The position numbers and the translations under genes are program-made. From assembly GCA_963730285.1 (NCBI GenBank), contig CAVSQY010000001.1, forward strand, positions 140-64,139: DNA of 64,000 nucleotides, written 5' to 3'. The notes under the pieces were generated by a model. That model saw only the letters and a list, made by a program, of their open reading frames with translations. It had not been told where the DNA came from and made no database searches. This document shows positions 39,358 through 48,968 of the stretch, piece by piece (the stretch's first letter is position 1; every line of letters starts with the position of its first letter). This DNA is from an uncultured Actinomycetes bacterium (GTDB lineage Bacteria; Actinomycetota; Acidimicrobiia; Spongiisociales; ZC4RG35).

Positions 39358-42018
39358 TCAGCGAGTGCCGGCCGGTGCCGCCGTCATCTCCTCGTCGGTG
39401 AGGACCTGGAAGGGGAGAAGCCCCGCACCCTGGAAGACCGCAAGGTTCGCCCGGCGACTCAGAGCCGGGTCGGGAACCCACTCCGAGATCTTCTTCGACC
39501 GCTTCGAGCCAGATGCCGAGCTGCTGTTGAGCGACAAACCGATCAGCAAGCCCAGGCGAGCCTCGAAGTCCTGAACGTCGGCGATCCGATTCTCCAATAT
39601 GGCGCCCTGCTCCACGTCACCGCGGGTCGCTGCCGCACGCTGATTGCGATCGAGCTCCTCGATGACCCGACGCGTCAGGCCCCCGAGCAGAGTCTCGATC
39701 TTGTCGCGATTGAACCAATCGGCAGAGGCGAGGATCTGGCAGGTTCCTCCCTCACTCTGGATCTGCCAGACGAAGGGCTCGCCCCTCGTCCGGTTGAGAT
39801 GACGTCTGAAGAACTGCTCCGAGAGCCACTCGTCAATGGTCTGTTCGCCTCGGGGCGATCTCGTGCCGAGCACTCGCTCCACCTCATGAATCACGGCCCG
39901 TGCGGTTGCGGGCTCCAATTCGCGGTTGAGCTCTTGCGCCAGCCACATCCCCACTGAAGGCCGCTCCGGTGTCGGTTGAAGGGGGAGAAACCCGTCGCTG
40001 ACTATCAACTCGACCAGATCGTCCGAATAGTCGCTCTGGCCCTGCGGCGCCGACATCAGGTCCTCCACCCTGGTGACCAGATAGTCGGCGACAGCCTCAT
40101 AGGCCTCGCTCGGCCTCGCCCCGGCCAGGGCAGACAGAAGCTCATTCCCGAAGTCTTCGTCGTTGGGCGGAGCCTGCTCTTGGTCCGGCTGGACTCGGTC
40201 GGCGAGCTCGCGCAAGGACCGCTGGGGCACCGGCGGAACCTCATCCTGGGCCGGCGAGTACTTGCTGAGCCTGGTCAACGGGGAAAGCACAGGTGCCGTC
40301 TGGCCACCGGAGGCTGGAGGCGCCGACCAACTCGGCACTTCGGGTCGATCGCGGCGAGTGGAAGCGACTCGTTCCGACTTCTGGAGGAACACAGCACCGA
40401 GCATCGAGACCTGTCGCTGTCGAACATCGGCGAGGACGGAATTCACCTGTGGGATCGTGGACCGGCCCGGGCTCACGACCAGGAGGCTCCTCATGATGCG
40501 CTGCATGGTCACCTGAGCACCGGTGGAGGAGATGTCTCCGGCGGAGACCAGGACAACGTCGAATTGACCGGACGCACGTTCGATGAAGGCCCTGAACTGA
40601 CGGCCGGCCAGCGCGTCTCCAGGTGACTGTATCCGTGGACCGGTAGGGATCACGCCCAGACCCTGTCTGATCGGTATCGCCGATTGGAGGACGGTGTCCA
40701 TTTCCAGGTTGAACGCCGGTGAGTCCGGGTTCAGCTTGAGCACCTCGGAGAGGGCCGGGCCACCCACTGCGTACTCGCCCAGAGCCGAGTCGCTGACGAA
40801 ATCGGCGTCAATGAGCAGAACCGATGATCCGGCGCTCGCCATGGACACTGCCAGATCCACTGCCAGGGCATGGAGATTCTGCGATGGGACATTGTCCCCG
40901 GTTATCGCCAGAGTGCCACCCGTCGAGGGGAGCTGAGCCTCGACCACCGCCCGCAGGGCCTGGATCGCGACCTTTCTCGGACTTCCCTGATCCGCGTCGT
41001 ACCAGGCCTCGACGACATTGGCGGCCACCCGTCGAGTCGGCACGTCGGCCACCACCGGTATGTCGATGTCCTCCGGCAGCCACACCGGCTTCCGGGCCCG
41101 GGTGATGGACACTACCGCAAAGAGGGCGAGTAGCAGGCCACCGATGAGGCCGATGAAGCCGTTGAGGATCGGGTCTGGAGCCTGGTCGGAGAGATCGTCG
41201 AATTCCGCAGGCTGGATCAAGCCGAACTGGGTCACGCCAAGCTTGCGAAGGAACAATGTCTCGTACTTGTTGAGAAGCAGTGTCCGGGCATTTTGCAGGG
41301 TGCTCAGCTGGAACTGGTCGGTTACCGACATCTGAGGCGTGTCGATCGGGGGAAGCGCCGCCTTCTCAACCGTGAGGCCTTGTAGGGCGGTCTCCAGGTC
41401 GGTGATGTTCTGCCGGATCGTCTCACGCTCCAACTGGGTGGGAGCCGTCACCGCCTGGACCCGAAGCTGGATCAAGGTGCCGGTAAAGGCCTGTATCTGC
41501 TGATCGAGGAAGTTGTGTTTAGCAACCAGATCCTCCGAGGCAGGCGCCTGGGAGTCCTGGATCGTCTGGATCTGCTGGTCGAGCTCTCTGGCCTGACCGA
41601 GGACCTGGGTCAAGGCGGTGTCGACGTCGGGGTCGATCCGCGGGTCAATGGCCTTGTAGGCGTCGAGGAGCGCTACGGCCTTGGCCTGCGCATCCGCCTT
41701 CGAATCGCCCATCGCGCTGAAGCGGACTTCGGTCGACGTCGGGTCGATCTCGATATTCGAAGTGGGATCCTCGAGGAGAAGGTCGCTGGCGGCAAAAGTG
41801 GCGGCGTCCAGGACCGACTGTATCCGGTCGGTGACATCGGATATCACCTCACCCTCCTGGGGCTCGAATCTGATCGCGATCACGGCCTGGACCTCGTTGC
41901 CCCGCTGGGCGTTGGACACACCGGTGAAGTACCAGCCCGCGAGAAAACCGAGAAGGGCGATGACGATGATCAATATCCAGCGGTCGCGCAGGACGCGCGA
42001 TAGGCGATTCAGCTCCAT
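39358..42018 (-). CDS. polysaccharide co-polymerase (Wzz/PCP2-like) with degenerate BY-kinase-like domain and long C-terminal extension
   Basis: The N-terminal TM (ILIIVIALLGFLAGW), a coiled-coil periplasmic region and a second TM (FIGLIGGLLLALFAVV) are present. The cytoplasmic domain resembles the CpsD/MinD fold but lacks a Walker A GK[ST] (ITGDNVPSQN) and has no C-terminal Tyr cluster. About 350 aa of extra C-terminal sequence follow. Confidence 0.7.
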   Translation of the reverse strand: MELNRLSRVLRDRWILIIVIALLGFLAGWYFTGVSNAQRGNEVQAVIAIRFEPQEGEVISDVTDRIQSVLDAATFAASDLLLEDPTSNIEIDPTSTEVRFSAMGDSKADAQAKAVALLDAYKAIDPRIDPDVDTALTQVLGQARELDQQIQTIQDSQAPASEDLVAKHNFLDQQIQAFTGTLIQLRVQAVTAPTQLERETIRQNITDLETALQGLTVEKAALPPIDTPQMSVTDQFQLSTLQNARTLLLNKYETLFLRKLGVTQFGLIQPAEFDDLSDQAPDPILNGFIGLIGGLLLALFAVVSITRARKPVWLPEDIDIPVVADVPTRRVAANVVEAWYDADQGSPRKVAIQALRAVVEAQLPSTGGTLAITGDNVPSQNLHALAVDLAVSMASAGSSVLLIDADFVSDSALGEYAVGGPALSEVLKLNPDSPAFNLEMDTVLQSAIPIRQGLGVIPTGPRIQSPGDALAGRQFRAFIERASGQFDVVLVSAGDISSTGAQVTMQRIMRSLLVVSPGRSTIPQVNSVLADVRQRQVSMLGAVFLQKSERVASTRRDRPEVPSWSAPPASGGQTAPVLSPLTRLSKYSPAQDEVPPVPQRSLRELADRVQPDQEQAPPNDEDFGNELLSALAGARPSEAYEAVADYLVTRVEDLMSAPQGQSDYSDDLVELIVSDGFLPLQPTPERPSVGMWLAQELNRELEPATARAVIHEVERVLGTRSPRGEQTIDEWLSEQFFRRHLNRTRGEPFVWQIQSEGGTCQILASADWFNRDKIETLLGGLTRRVIEELDRNQRAAATRGDVEQGAILENRIADVQDFEARLGLLIGLSLNSSSASGSKRSKKISEWVPDPALSRRANLAVFQGAGLLPFQVLTDEEMTAAPAGTR

Positions 42019-43946
42019 GAGGAAGTGAGGCGGGTCCCGGCCTCATCGACTTCGGTGGCACCGTTCAAATGCCCACCGGCCAGGAGGCTGAGCAACTCGA
42101 TCACCTTGTGTCTCTGGCCTGCCTGGGCCGCCTCCTCCAAGTCCGCCACCGTGCTGGCCACGACCCCGGCCGCCGGATGACCCAGCTTGACCTCGAATAT
42201 CTTTGGATTGACGGTCATGTCCATCGGCCCGGTCGCCAGTATCTCGTTCAGCTTCTCACCTGGGCGCCTGCCCGTGTAGAGGATCTCGATGTCCTTGTCC
42301 GGTGTCAAGCCGGAGAGCCTGATCAGACGTCGGGCCAGGGCCTCGATTCGGACCGGCTCACCCATGTCGAGGAGGAAGATCTCCGACCCCTCCGCCATGG
42401 CACCGGCCTGGAGCACCAGCTGCACCGCTTCATCGACAGTCATGAAATATCGAGTCATCTGAGGGTCGGTCACCGTGACCGGGCCCCCCGCCTGGATTTG
42501 GCTGACAAAGGTGGGGATCACACTTCCCCGGCTCCCGAGCACATTGCCAAACCGGACTGCGGAGTACGCGCATTCATCACGGCGCTCACCAGCAACCCTC
42601 ACCATCAACTCGGCCACTCTCTTGCTTGCACCCATGACGCTGGTTGGATCGACAGCTTTGTCCGTGGAGATGAGCACAAAATGCTGCATCCCATTTCTCG
42701 ATCCTGCTTCGATCACATTGCGGGTACCCACGACGTTGGCCATCACGGCCTCCTCTGGATGCTCCTCGAGCACGGGCACATGCTTGAGAGCGGCAGCGTG
42801 AAAGACCACATGGGGCTTGATTCTGTCAAAAGTCCGAAGCAATGTGGTGGCGTCGCGGACGTCGCCGAGGACGGACGTCGCCCCCCCACGCCACCGAAGC
42901 TGTGCCTCGTGGAGAAGGGTTTCATCACGATCCAAGGCCCATACCCCATCGGGTCTGTAGTCCAGCACTTGACGCACGATCTCCGACCCGATGGAGCCGC
43001 CGCCCCCCGAGACGAGCACACGCTTGCCCTTGATCATCTCCGCAACCGCCGACATGTCGGTGGCGACGGGCGATCGAACCAGGAGATCCTCGACTCTGAT
43101 GTCGCGGACGTCGAGCGGTGCCTGGTGATTGGTCATGACCTCGGAAGCTGCCGGGAGGATGCGCAGCCTCACCTCGATGTCGAAACAACGATCAACGACC
43201 TCTCTCGAGGTCTTGAGGCTCCCACCCGCCACGACGACCTGGTCGATCTCGAAGCGCTCGACCACGGAGTCGATCTCGGAAAGCTTGCCCAGGATGGGCA
43301 GCCCGGCAAAGAGCCTGACGGTCTCGGGCTCCTCATCCAGGGCGGACAAGAAGCCGATCACCCGGCCACCGCCATCGATCTCGTGGGCCCGCCGGGCAAA
43401 GGCCGCCCCGTCGGCTCCAACACCCACTATCAGGATCCGCGAGGAATCCCCATACTTCCGAAAGGAAAACAGCCGCGAGCGAAACCGCACCAAACCCATC
43501 ATCAGAACCGACAGGAGGCCGCCGACCAGGATGACCGAATACGGGATCACCACACCGATCGTGCGTAACCACTGCCCGATTGCGAACACGGCGATAACGG
43601 CTCCGGCGTTCGCCAGGACCACACGCACCGCCTCGTTCATGCTGGCGTGCTCCCACACGTGCCCGTAGGCACCGGTGAGCGCGTTGGCGACGATGTGAAG
43701 AGTCACGATCAGCGGCATCACGACCAGCAGATCGATCCAATAACCACGAGGATCGACGATGAGCGAATCCAGCATCCTGAAGGCCAAGCCAACCGAGTAG
43801 GACAAGATGACGACCATCACGTCCAACAAGGCGAATGCTATGTCTGCTCTGATTCTGGACGCCACGACCGAGACAGAATGCCTCGGGGCGCCCGGTTCCC
43901 CATTAGGACCACCCGACACAGAAGCCTCCCACGCTCCCGATTCCAA
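42009..43946 (-). CDS. membrane-anchored NDP-sugar 4,6-dehydratase (CapD/WbpM/PglF family)
   Basis: Four N-terminal TM segments, then two Rossmann regions (ILIVGVGADG and VLVSGGGGSIGSE) and a catalytic YxxxK region (MGASKRVAE). Confidence 0.85.
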   Translation of the reverse strand: MESGAWEASVSGGPNGEPGAPRHSVSVVASRIRADIAFALLDVMVVILSYSVGLAFRMLDSLIVDPRGYWIDLLVVMPLIVTLHIVANALTGAYGHVWEHASMNEAVRVVLANAGAVIAVFAIGQWLRTIGVVIPYSVILVGGLLSVLMMGLVRFRSRLFSFRKYGDSSRILIVGVGADGAAFARRAHEIDGGGRVIGFLSALDEEPETVRLFAGLPILGKLSEIDSVVERFEIDQVVVAGGSLKTSREVVDRCFDIEVRLRILPAASEVMTNHQAPLDVRDIRVEDLLVRSPVATDMSAVAEMIKGKRVLVSGGGGSIGSEIVRQVLDYRPDGVWALDRDETLLHEAQLRWRGGATSVLGDVRDATTLLRTFDRIKPHVVFHAAALKHVPVLEEHPEEAVMANVVGTRNVIEAGSRNGMQHFVLISTDKAVDPTSVMGASKRVAELMVRVAGERRDECAYSAVRFGNVLGSRGSVIPTFVSQIQAGGPVTVTDPQMTRYFMTVDEAVQLVLQAGAMAEGSEIFLLDMGEPVRIEALARRLIRLSGLTPDKDIEILYTGRRPGEKLNEILATGPMDMTVNPKIFEVKLGHPAAGVVASTVADLEEAAQAGQRHKVIELLSLLAGGHLNGATEVDEAGTRLTSSWS

Positions 43947-44114
43947 GGGGACATCCTATCAGGAGTTGGTCGACACTGAAAGTGCCTCTTTGAGCACTGA
44001 CAGTGGGGATGGGCTTCCCGACCTATTGACAGGCATAGGGGGTAGCGACGGGAATGACAAGGCTTGGCCGATGGATACCATCGCGCCTTCGAACGCAATC
44101 AGAGAGGGTTGGGA

Positions 44115-44999
44115 ATGAGAGTCCTGGTGACGGGTGCGGCCGGGTTCCTGGGGAAACACGTGGCACGCCATTTTGCGAGCAAAGGGTGGGAGGTCACCGG
44201 GTTCGACGTGTCGATGTTCGCCGCGGATGGAATCGATCCCTTCCAGGGTGACTTCACCGAAGGCAACTCGATCGAGCAAGCGGCCGCGGGTGCTGACGTG
44301 ATCGTTCACATCGGTGCCATTGGTGACGTCTATCTGGCCGGCGAGCAGCCATCGCTGGCAGCGGATGTGAACGTAGTGGGCACCGCAAACGTGTTGGAGG
44401 CAGCAGTGCGACACGAGGCACGCGTTGTCTATGCATCGACGTGGGAGGTTTACGGCGAGCCCGTGCGCCAACCGATCGACGAGACCCACCCGACCATGCC
44501 CGACCACCCGTACAGCATCACCAAGCTCGCCGGCGAGTCCTTGGTCCTGTCGGCGGCACACCTGCGGGGAGTCCCCGCAATGGCATTGAGATTGGGGACC
44601 GCCTATGGGTCCGGTCTTCGGCCCAACTCGGTCTTTCGAATCTTCATCGACCGTGCCCGAGACGGCAAGCCGATCACAATTCAAGGTGACGGCTCTCAGG
44701 GAAGACAGTTCACTCACGCGAGTGACATCGCCCGCGCCTTTGAGTTGGCGGCGCGATCGGACATGAGTGGCATGGCCATCAATGTCGTGGCTCCCGAGAC
44801 CACGTCGATCAAGAATCTGGCCGAGGCTGTCGTCAAGAGGTTCCCGACCGAGCTGACATTTGGCGAGCCACGCCCCGGCGACGTCCCGCCGGCAATCGTA
44901 TCGGCGGAGCGGGCCCGGGAAGTGCTCGGTTGGACCGCCGAGATGCCGTTCGATCGCGGTCTGGACGAATTGGTAGCGAGTGTCACAGGAGAAGTCTGA
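44115..44999 (+). CDS. NAD-dependent epimerase/dehydratase (SDR)
   Basis: MRVLVTGAAGFLG ... YSITK (YxxxK). The start is trimmed to the Met with RBS GAGAGGG upstream. Confidence 0.85.
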   Translation: MRVLVTGAAGFLGKHVARHFASKGWEVTGFDVSMFAADGIDPFQGDFTEGNSIEQAAAGADVIVHIGAIGDVYLAGEQPSLAADVNVVGTANVLEAAVRHEARVVYASTWEVYGEPVRQPIDETHPTMPDHPYSITKLAGESLVLSAAHLRGVPAMALRLGTAYGSGLRPNSVFRIFIDRARDGKPITIQGDGSQGRQFTHASDIARAFELAARSDMSGMAINVVAPETTSIKNLAEAVVKRFPTELTFGEPRPGDVPPAIVSAERAREVLGWTAEMPFDRGLDELVASVTGEV

Positions 45000-46092
45000 G
45001 CGGAAAAAGATCCTGGTCCTGATCAAGGGCCTTGGCATAGGCGGGGCCGAGCGGCTGATCGCCGACGGCGCCACCTTCTGGGACCGGTCGAGGTTCGAAT
45101 ATCACGTCGCATTCCTCCTTCCCCACAAGGATCAGCTGGTTCGAGAGCTGGAGGACCAAGGGATCGAGGTCAGCTCCCTCGGAGGAGTGAAGCCGAACCT
45201 CACGTTGGGCGCCATCATGAGACTCCGGTCCCTGATCAAGACGTGGCGGCCCGATGTCGTGCATGCTCATCTGCCCTCGGCAGGAATACTTGCCCGCATC
45301 TTGTTCCACGGCCCGGTGGTCTACACGGAGCACAACCTGGCGGATTCCTATCGCTGGCCGACCGGCTGGGTCAACCGCCTCACCTACGGCCGGAACACCG
45401 CGACCATCGCGGTGTCCGAGGCCGTGGCAGTCAGCCTCGAGGGGTTTCCTGGACCGAGACCGCAGGTGGTGCCAAACGGTGTTTCGGTGACGATCGGCGA
45501 GTCCGAGATCAACACAGTTCGAGAGGAGCTGGGGTTGGAGCCGAACCAGCCTCTCGTGGTCCACGTGGGCAACATCAGGCCTCACAAGGGTCACTCCAAT
45601 CTGATCGCTGCGACCGCGAAGCTGAACGCCGAGCGGCCCGAGGTGCGAGTCGTGTCAATAGGGGCCGAGAAGAACCCGGGCGATCTGGCCAGAGTCCGCG
45701 GCGAAGCCGAAGATGCCGGGGTGTCATCCGTCCTTCGATTCCTCGGTAGGCGCCTCAATGCCCAAGCATTCATCGCCGCGGCAGATGTCTTCGCCAATCC
45801 CGCCGATGTCGAGGGGCTCCCGGTGGTGATTCTGGAGGCACTTGCCCTCGCTCGCCCGGTCGTCGCGACTGCTGTGGGCGGTGTGCCGTCGGTTGTCATC
45901 GACGGCGTCACAGGGAGACTGGTGCCGCCAGGCGACCCCGAGGCCCTGGCCAGGGGGATCCTCGAGGCCATTGACTCCCCGGAGGCGAGCGGATGGGGCC
46001 GGGCGGGTAATGACCTGGTGTCGAGAGAGCATGGGACCGACCGCATGATCCAGTCCTACGAGAAGGTCTACGAGGAGGTCACCAATGGTTGA
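44980..46092 (+). CDS. glycosyltransferase family 4
   Basis: GT-B with the EGLPVVILEALALARPVV motif. Confidence 0.8.
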   Translation: MSQEKSERKKILVLIKGLGIGGAERLIADGATFWDRSRFEYHVAFLLPHKDQLVRELEDQGIEVSSLGGVKPNLTLGAIMRLRSLIKTWRPDVVHAHLPSAGILARILFHGPVVYTEHNLADSYRWPTGWVNRLTYGRNTATIAVSEAVAVSLEGFPGPRPQVVPNGVSVTIGESEINTVREELGLEPNQPLVVHVGNIRPHKGHSNLIAATAKLNAERPEVRVVSIGAEKNPGDLARVRGEAEDAGVSSVLRFLGRRLNAQAFIAAADVFANPADVEGLPVVILEALALARPVVATAVGGVPSVVIDGVTGRLVPPGDPEALARGILEAIDSPEASGWGRAGNDLVSREHGTDRMIQSYEKVYEEVTNG

Positions 46093-47029
46093 TCTCGACG
46101 TCCGACCGGCGACACCGGCCGACACTCCGGCGATCCTCGACCTCCTGAAGGCTGCGCTAGGCGAGAGCCCTCTTCTGAGAAGGACGCCGGAGCTGTGGGA
46201 ATGGAAACATCACTCAAGTCCTTTTGGTGAATCGATCGTCCTCCTCGCCTGCTCGGGTGATCGGCTTGCCGGCGTTCGTGCCTTCATGCGTTGGGAGCTG
46301 AGGACATCGGAAGGGAGACTGATCCGCTGCGTCCGCCCCGTCGACACGGCTACACATCCGGACTTCACGCGACGGGGGATCTTTCGTCGGCTGACCGAAG
46401 AAGCCCTCGAGGTGGCGCGCGAGGATCGCGTGGACCTCGTTTTCAACACTCCGAATCCGAAGTCGGCGGCGGGATATCTGACGATGGGCTGGCGGGAGGT
46501 GGGTTGGATCGGGGCCCAAATTCGCCCGCATCTGGGACGGTCGGTGCGCCCGGTCGGCGCCAATCCTCCGGAGTTAGCAGCCGTTCTCCCCATTGCCCAG
46601 CCATTCGAACCGCCGGGACATCCGACCCGACCGGGGCGCGGGCTTCGAACCGACCGCACCCGGGCCTATCAGCTTTGGAGGTTCACCGGCCATCCTCGCG
46701 TACGCTATGGGACGGTGGGTGAGCGCGAAACTACGGCTGTGGTGAGGACAGGCATCAGAAACGGGAGGACAGAACTGGTCCTCGCCGACCTGCTCGGTAA
46801 GCCCGACAGCGGAGTCGTGAGGCGATTGGCCCGCCATAGCCAGGCTGCATACGTCGGCGGCTTCTTCTCCACGGGCTCGCCGGAACGTCGGGCAGCGATT
46901 CGCGCCGGGATGATCCCGGTGCCGGTGCGGTCGCTTCGCTTGGTGGCCCGCCCCTTTTCCGACCTGGATGTCGACGTCTTCGACCTTGGCGAGTGGGACC
47001 TCGCCGTCAGCGACCTGGAGCTGCTGTGA
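46085..47029 (+). CDS. GNAT-fold N-acyltransferase (two-lobed, FemAB-like)
   Basis: N-terminal acetyltransferase-like region; 314 aa. Confidence 0.6.
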   Translation: MVDLDVRPATPADTPAILDLLKAALGESPLLRRTPELWEWKHHSSPFGESIVLLACSGDRLAGVRAFMRWELRTSEGRLIRCVRPVDTATHPDFTRRGIFRRLTEEALEVAREDRVDLVFNTPNPKSAAGYLTMGWREVGWIGAQIRPHLGRSVRPVGANPPELAAVLPIAQPFEPPGHPTRPGRGLRTDRTRAYQLWRFTGHPRVRYGTVGERETTAVVRTGIRNGRTELVLADLLGKPDSGVVRRLARHSQAAYVGGFFSTGSPERRAAIRAGMIPVPVRSLRLVARPFSDLDVDVFDLGEWDLAVSDLELL

Positions 47030-48381
47030 AGGGCGAATCGGGCTATTGGGTGGCGGTCGGCGTGGCCGCCATCGGATTGGCAGCGGTGGTGGCCTCAGGC
47101 CTGACCGGCGCGGCAGTCCTGATCCTGGCTGCCCTAGGCACGTTGATGATGGCCGCGGTCGGGTCCTGGATGCAGCGGCCAGTCGATGCAAGCTGGCTGC
47201 AAACGTGGGTGACCCTCGGTTTCATCGCAAAGGTGGGAGGGGCATTCGCCCGCTACTTCATGGTCCAGTTCATCTATGGGGGGATCGGCGACTCGCTTCG
47301 CTATTACTCGGTGGGGATCGACCTTGCCGCGATCTGGCGTCAAGGCCACATCCCCGCGCTGACCGGCTCGGGATCGTTTGGGACTCAGGTCGTGGAAGCA
47401 GTCACCGGTGGTTTGTTTGCCATCTTCACCCCGGACCTGCTCGGCGGGTTCGTCATCTACAGCATGTTCTCGTTCCTCGGGCAACTTGGGCTGTACGCCG
47501 CATTTCGTCGCTGGGCAGAGCCGCACCAGCTGAAGCCCTATGCCTTCATCATCTTCTTCTTCCCGACATACGCCTTCTGGCCATCCAGCATTGGCAAAGA
47601 TGCCTTGATCATCATGTTCCTGGGCTTCTGCGCATACTCGATCGCGAGGTTGCTGGAGGGCTTTGAGCTCCGGTGGATCGCCCCGGTCGCTCTCTCCATG
47701 GTCGGAATGGGCTTGATCAGAATCCACATCGCCGCACTGGTGGCCTTTGGCCTGGTCGGCGCACTCTTGGTCTCCAAGGTCAGAGTTGGCGCCAACTTCA
47801 TGACGAGGAGCCGAAAATTCATAACGTTCGCCGGCGCCGCAGTCGCAGTCGTGATCGCGGTCCAGTTGATCCCACAGGTCGTCGGTCTCCAGCTCAATGA
47901 CTTTGGAGACGTCACACCGTTTGCCAACGAGATAACTCGCCGGACTTCGGAGAGTGGGACCGTTGCCTCAGGGGCGCCCGTTAGCTCTATCGTCGATGTG
48001 CCAGGCGCCGTCGCATTGGTCCTCTTCCGCCCGTATATCTTCGAGGGCACCGAGCTACAGCACCTCCTCGCTGCCGCGGAGACGACGATCGTTCTGCTGC
48101 TGTTCGTTTGGAAGCTGCCCGCCATTCTGCGTAACTGGGGACGATGGCGAACCAATGCATATCTCGTGTTCTGCACCCTCTACACGCTTGCATTCGCCGT
48201 CGTATTCAGTGTTGTGAGGAATCTGGGCATCATCGCCCGGCAGAGAGGGCAGGTCCTCGGCTTGTTTCTCGCAATGGTGATCGGCCTGGGATGGAGTGAG
48301 TCGAAGAAAGCCAAGGCCGATCGGCTCGAGCTCGAAGCCAAAAACACGACTGATGCTGCCCGCCAAGCAACATGGGTGTGA
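47026..48381 (+). CDS. polytopic membrane protein, putative polysaccharide polymerase (Wzy-like)
   Basis: About 11 TM segments. The GTG start overlaps the upstream stop (GTGA). No close named family is recognised. Confidence 0.5.
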   Translation: MKGESGYWVAVGVAAIGLAAVVASGLTGAAVLILAALGTLMMAAVGSWMQRPVDASWLQTWVTLGFIAKVGGAFARYFMVQFIYGGIGDSLRYYSVGIDLAAIWRQGHIPALTGSGSFGTQVVEAVTGGLFAIFTPDLLGGFVIYSMFSFLGQLGLYAAFRRWAEPHQLKPYAFIIFFFPTYAFWPSSIGKDALIIMFLGFCAYSIARLLEGFELRWIAPVALSMVGMGLIRIHIAALVAFGLVGALLVSKVRVGANFMTRSRKFITFAGAAVAVVIAVQLIPQVVGLQLNDFGDVTPFANEITRRTSESGTVASGAPVSSIVDVPGAVALVLFRPYIFEGTELQHLLAAAETTIVLLLFVWKLPAILRNWGRWRTNAYLVFCTLYTLAFAVVFSVVRNLGIIARQRGQVLGLFLAMVIGLGWSESKKAKADRLELEAKNTTDAARQATWV

Positions 48382-48968
48382 AGCGCGCCCTCGACGTGGT
48401 GCTGGCGATGATCGCCCTGCTCATCCTCTCGCCAGTGCTGATCGTCATAGCCGCCCTGGTCTGGGTCAAGCTGGGAAGGCCCATCTTCTTCAAACAGGAC
48501 CGACCGGGCCTCAACAGTCAGCCGTTCACATTGATCAAGTTCCGCACCATGGATCCCCAGGACGACGGCCCCAACGATGGCTCCTCGGACGAGAAGCGGT
48601 TGAGCTCATTCGGGTCGCAACTCCGAAGCACGAGCCTCGATGAGCTGCCTGAGTTGTGGAATGTCTTGAGAGGTGACATGAGTTTGGTTGGGCCGCGGCC
48701 GCTATTGATGCAGTATCTGCCCCTCTACACGCCCCGTCAGAGCCTCAGACATCGGGTGAGACCTGGCATCACCGGTTGGGCTCAGATCAATGGCCGAAAC
48801 TCCACCCCGTGGGATGAGCGACTCGAGATGGACGTCTGGTATGCGGAGAACCGCTCGATGTGGCTGGACATGAAGATCCTGGCCCTGACCATTCCGCGTG
48901 CCATGCGGCGAGCCGACGTCGCACAGGAAGGCCGGGCCACGGTCGACTACTTCACCGGTTCGGAATGA
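48372..48968 (+). CDS. sugar transferase (small PglC/WbaP-C-like initiating phosphoglycosyltransferase)
   Basis: One N-terminal TM, then KRALDVVLA ... LIKFRTM ... DELPELWNVLRGDMSLVGPRP, the canonical bacterial sugar transferase motifs. Confidence 0.85.
   Translation: MGVKRALDVVLAMIALLILSPVLIVIAALVWVKLGRPIFFKQDRPGLNSQPFTLIKFRTMDPQDDGPNDGSSDEKRLSSFGSQLRSTSLDELPELWNVLRGDMSLVGPRPLLMQYLPLYTPRQSLRHRVRPGITGWAQINGRNSTPWDERLEMDVWYAENRSMWLDMKILALTIPRAMRRADVAQEGRATVDYFTGSE

Noticed and set aside
42069-43568. 499-aa plus-strand ORF
   Set aside because: It is antisense to the CapD/PglF-like dehydratase, which has clear Rossmann and YxxxK motifs. The antisense translation is His, Arg, Asp and Gly-rich with no motifs.
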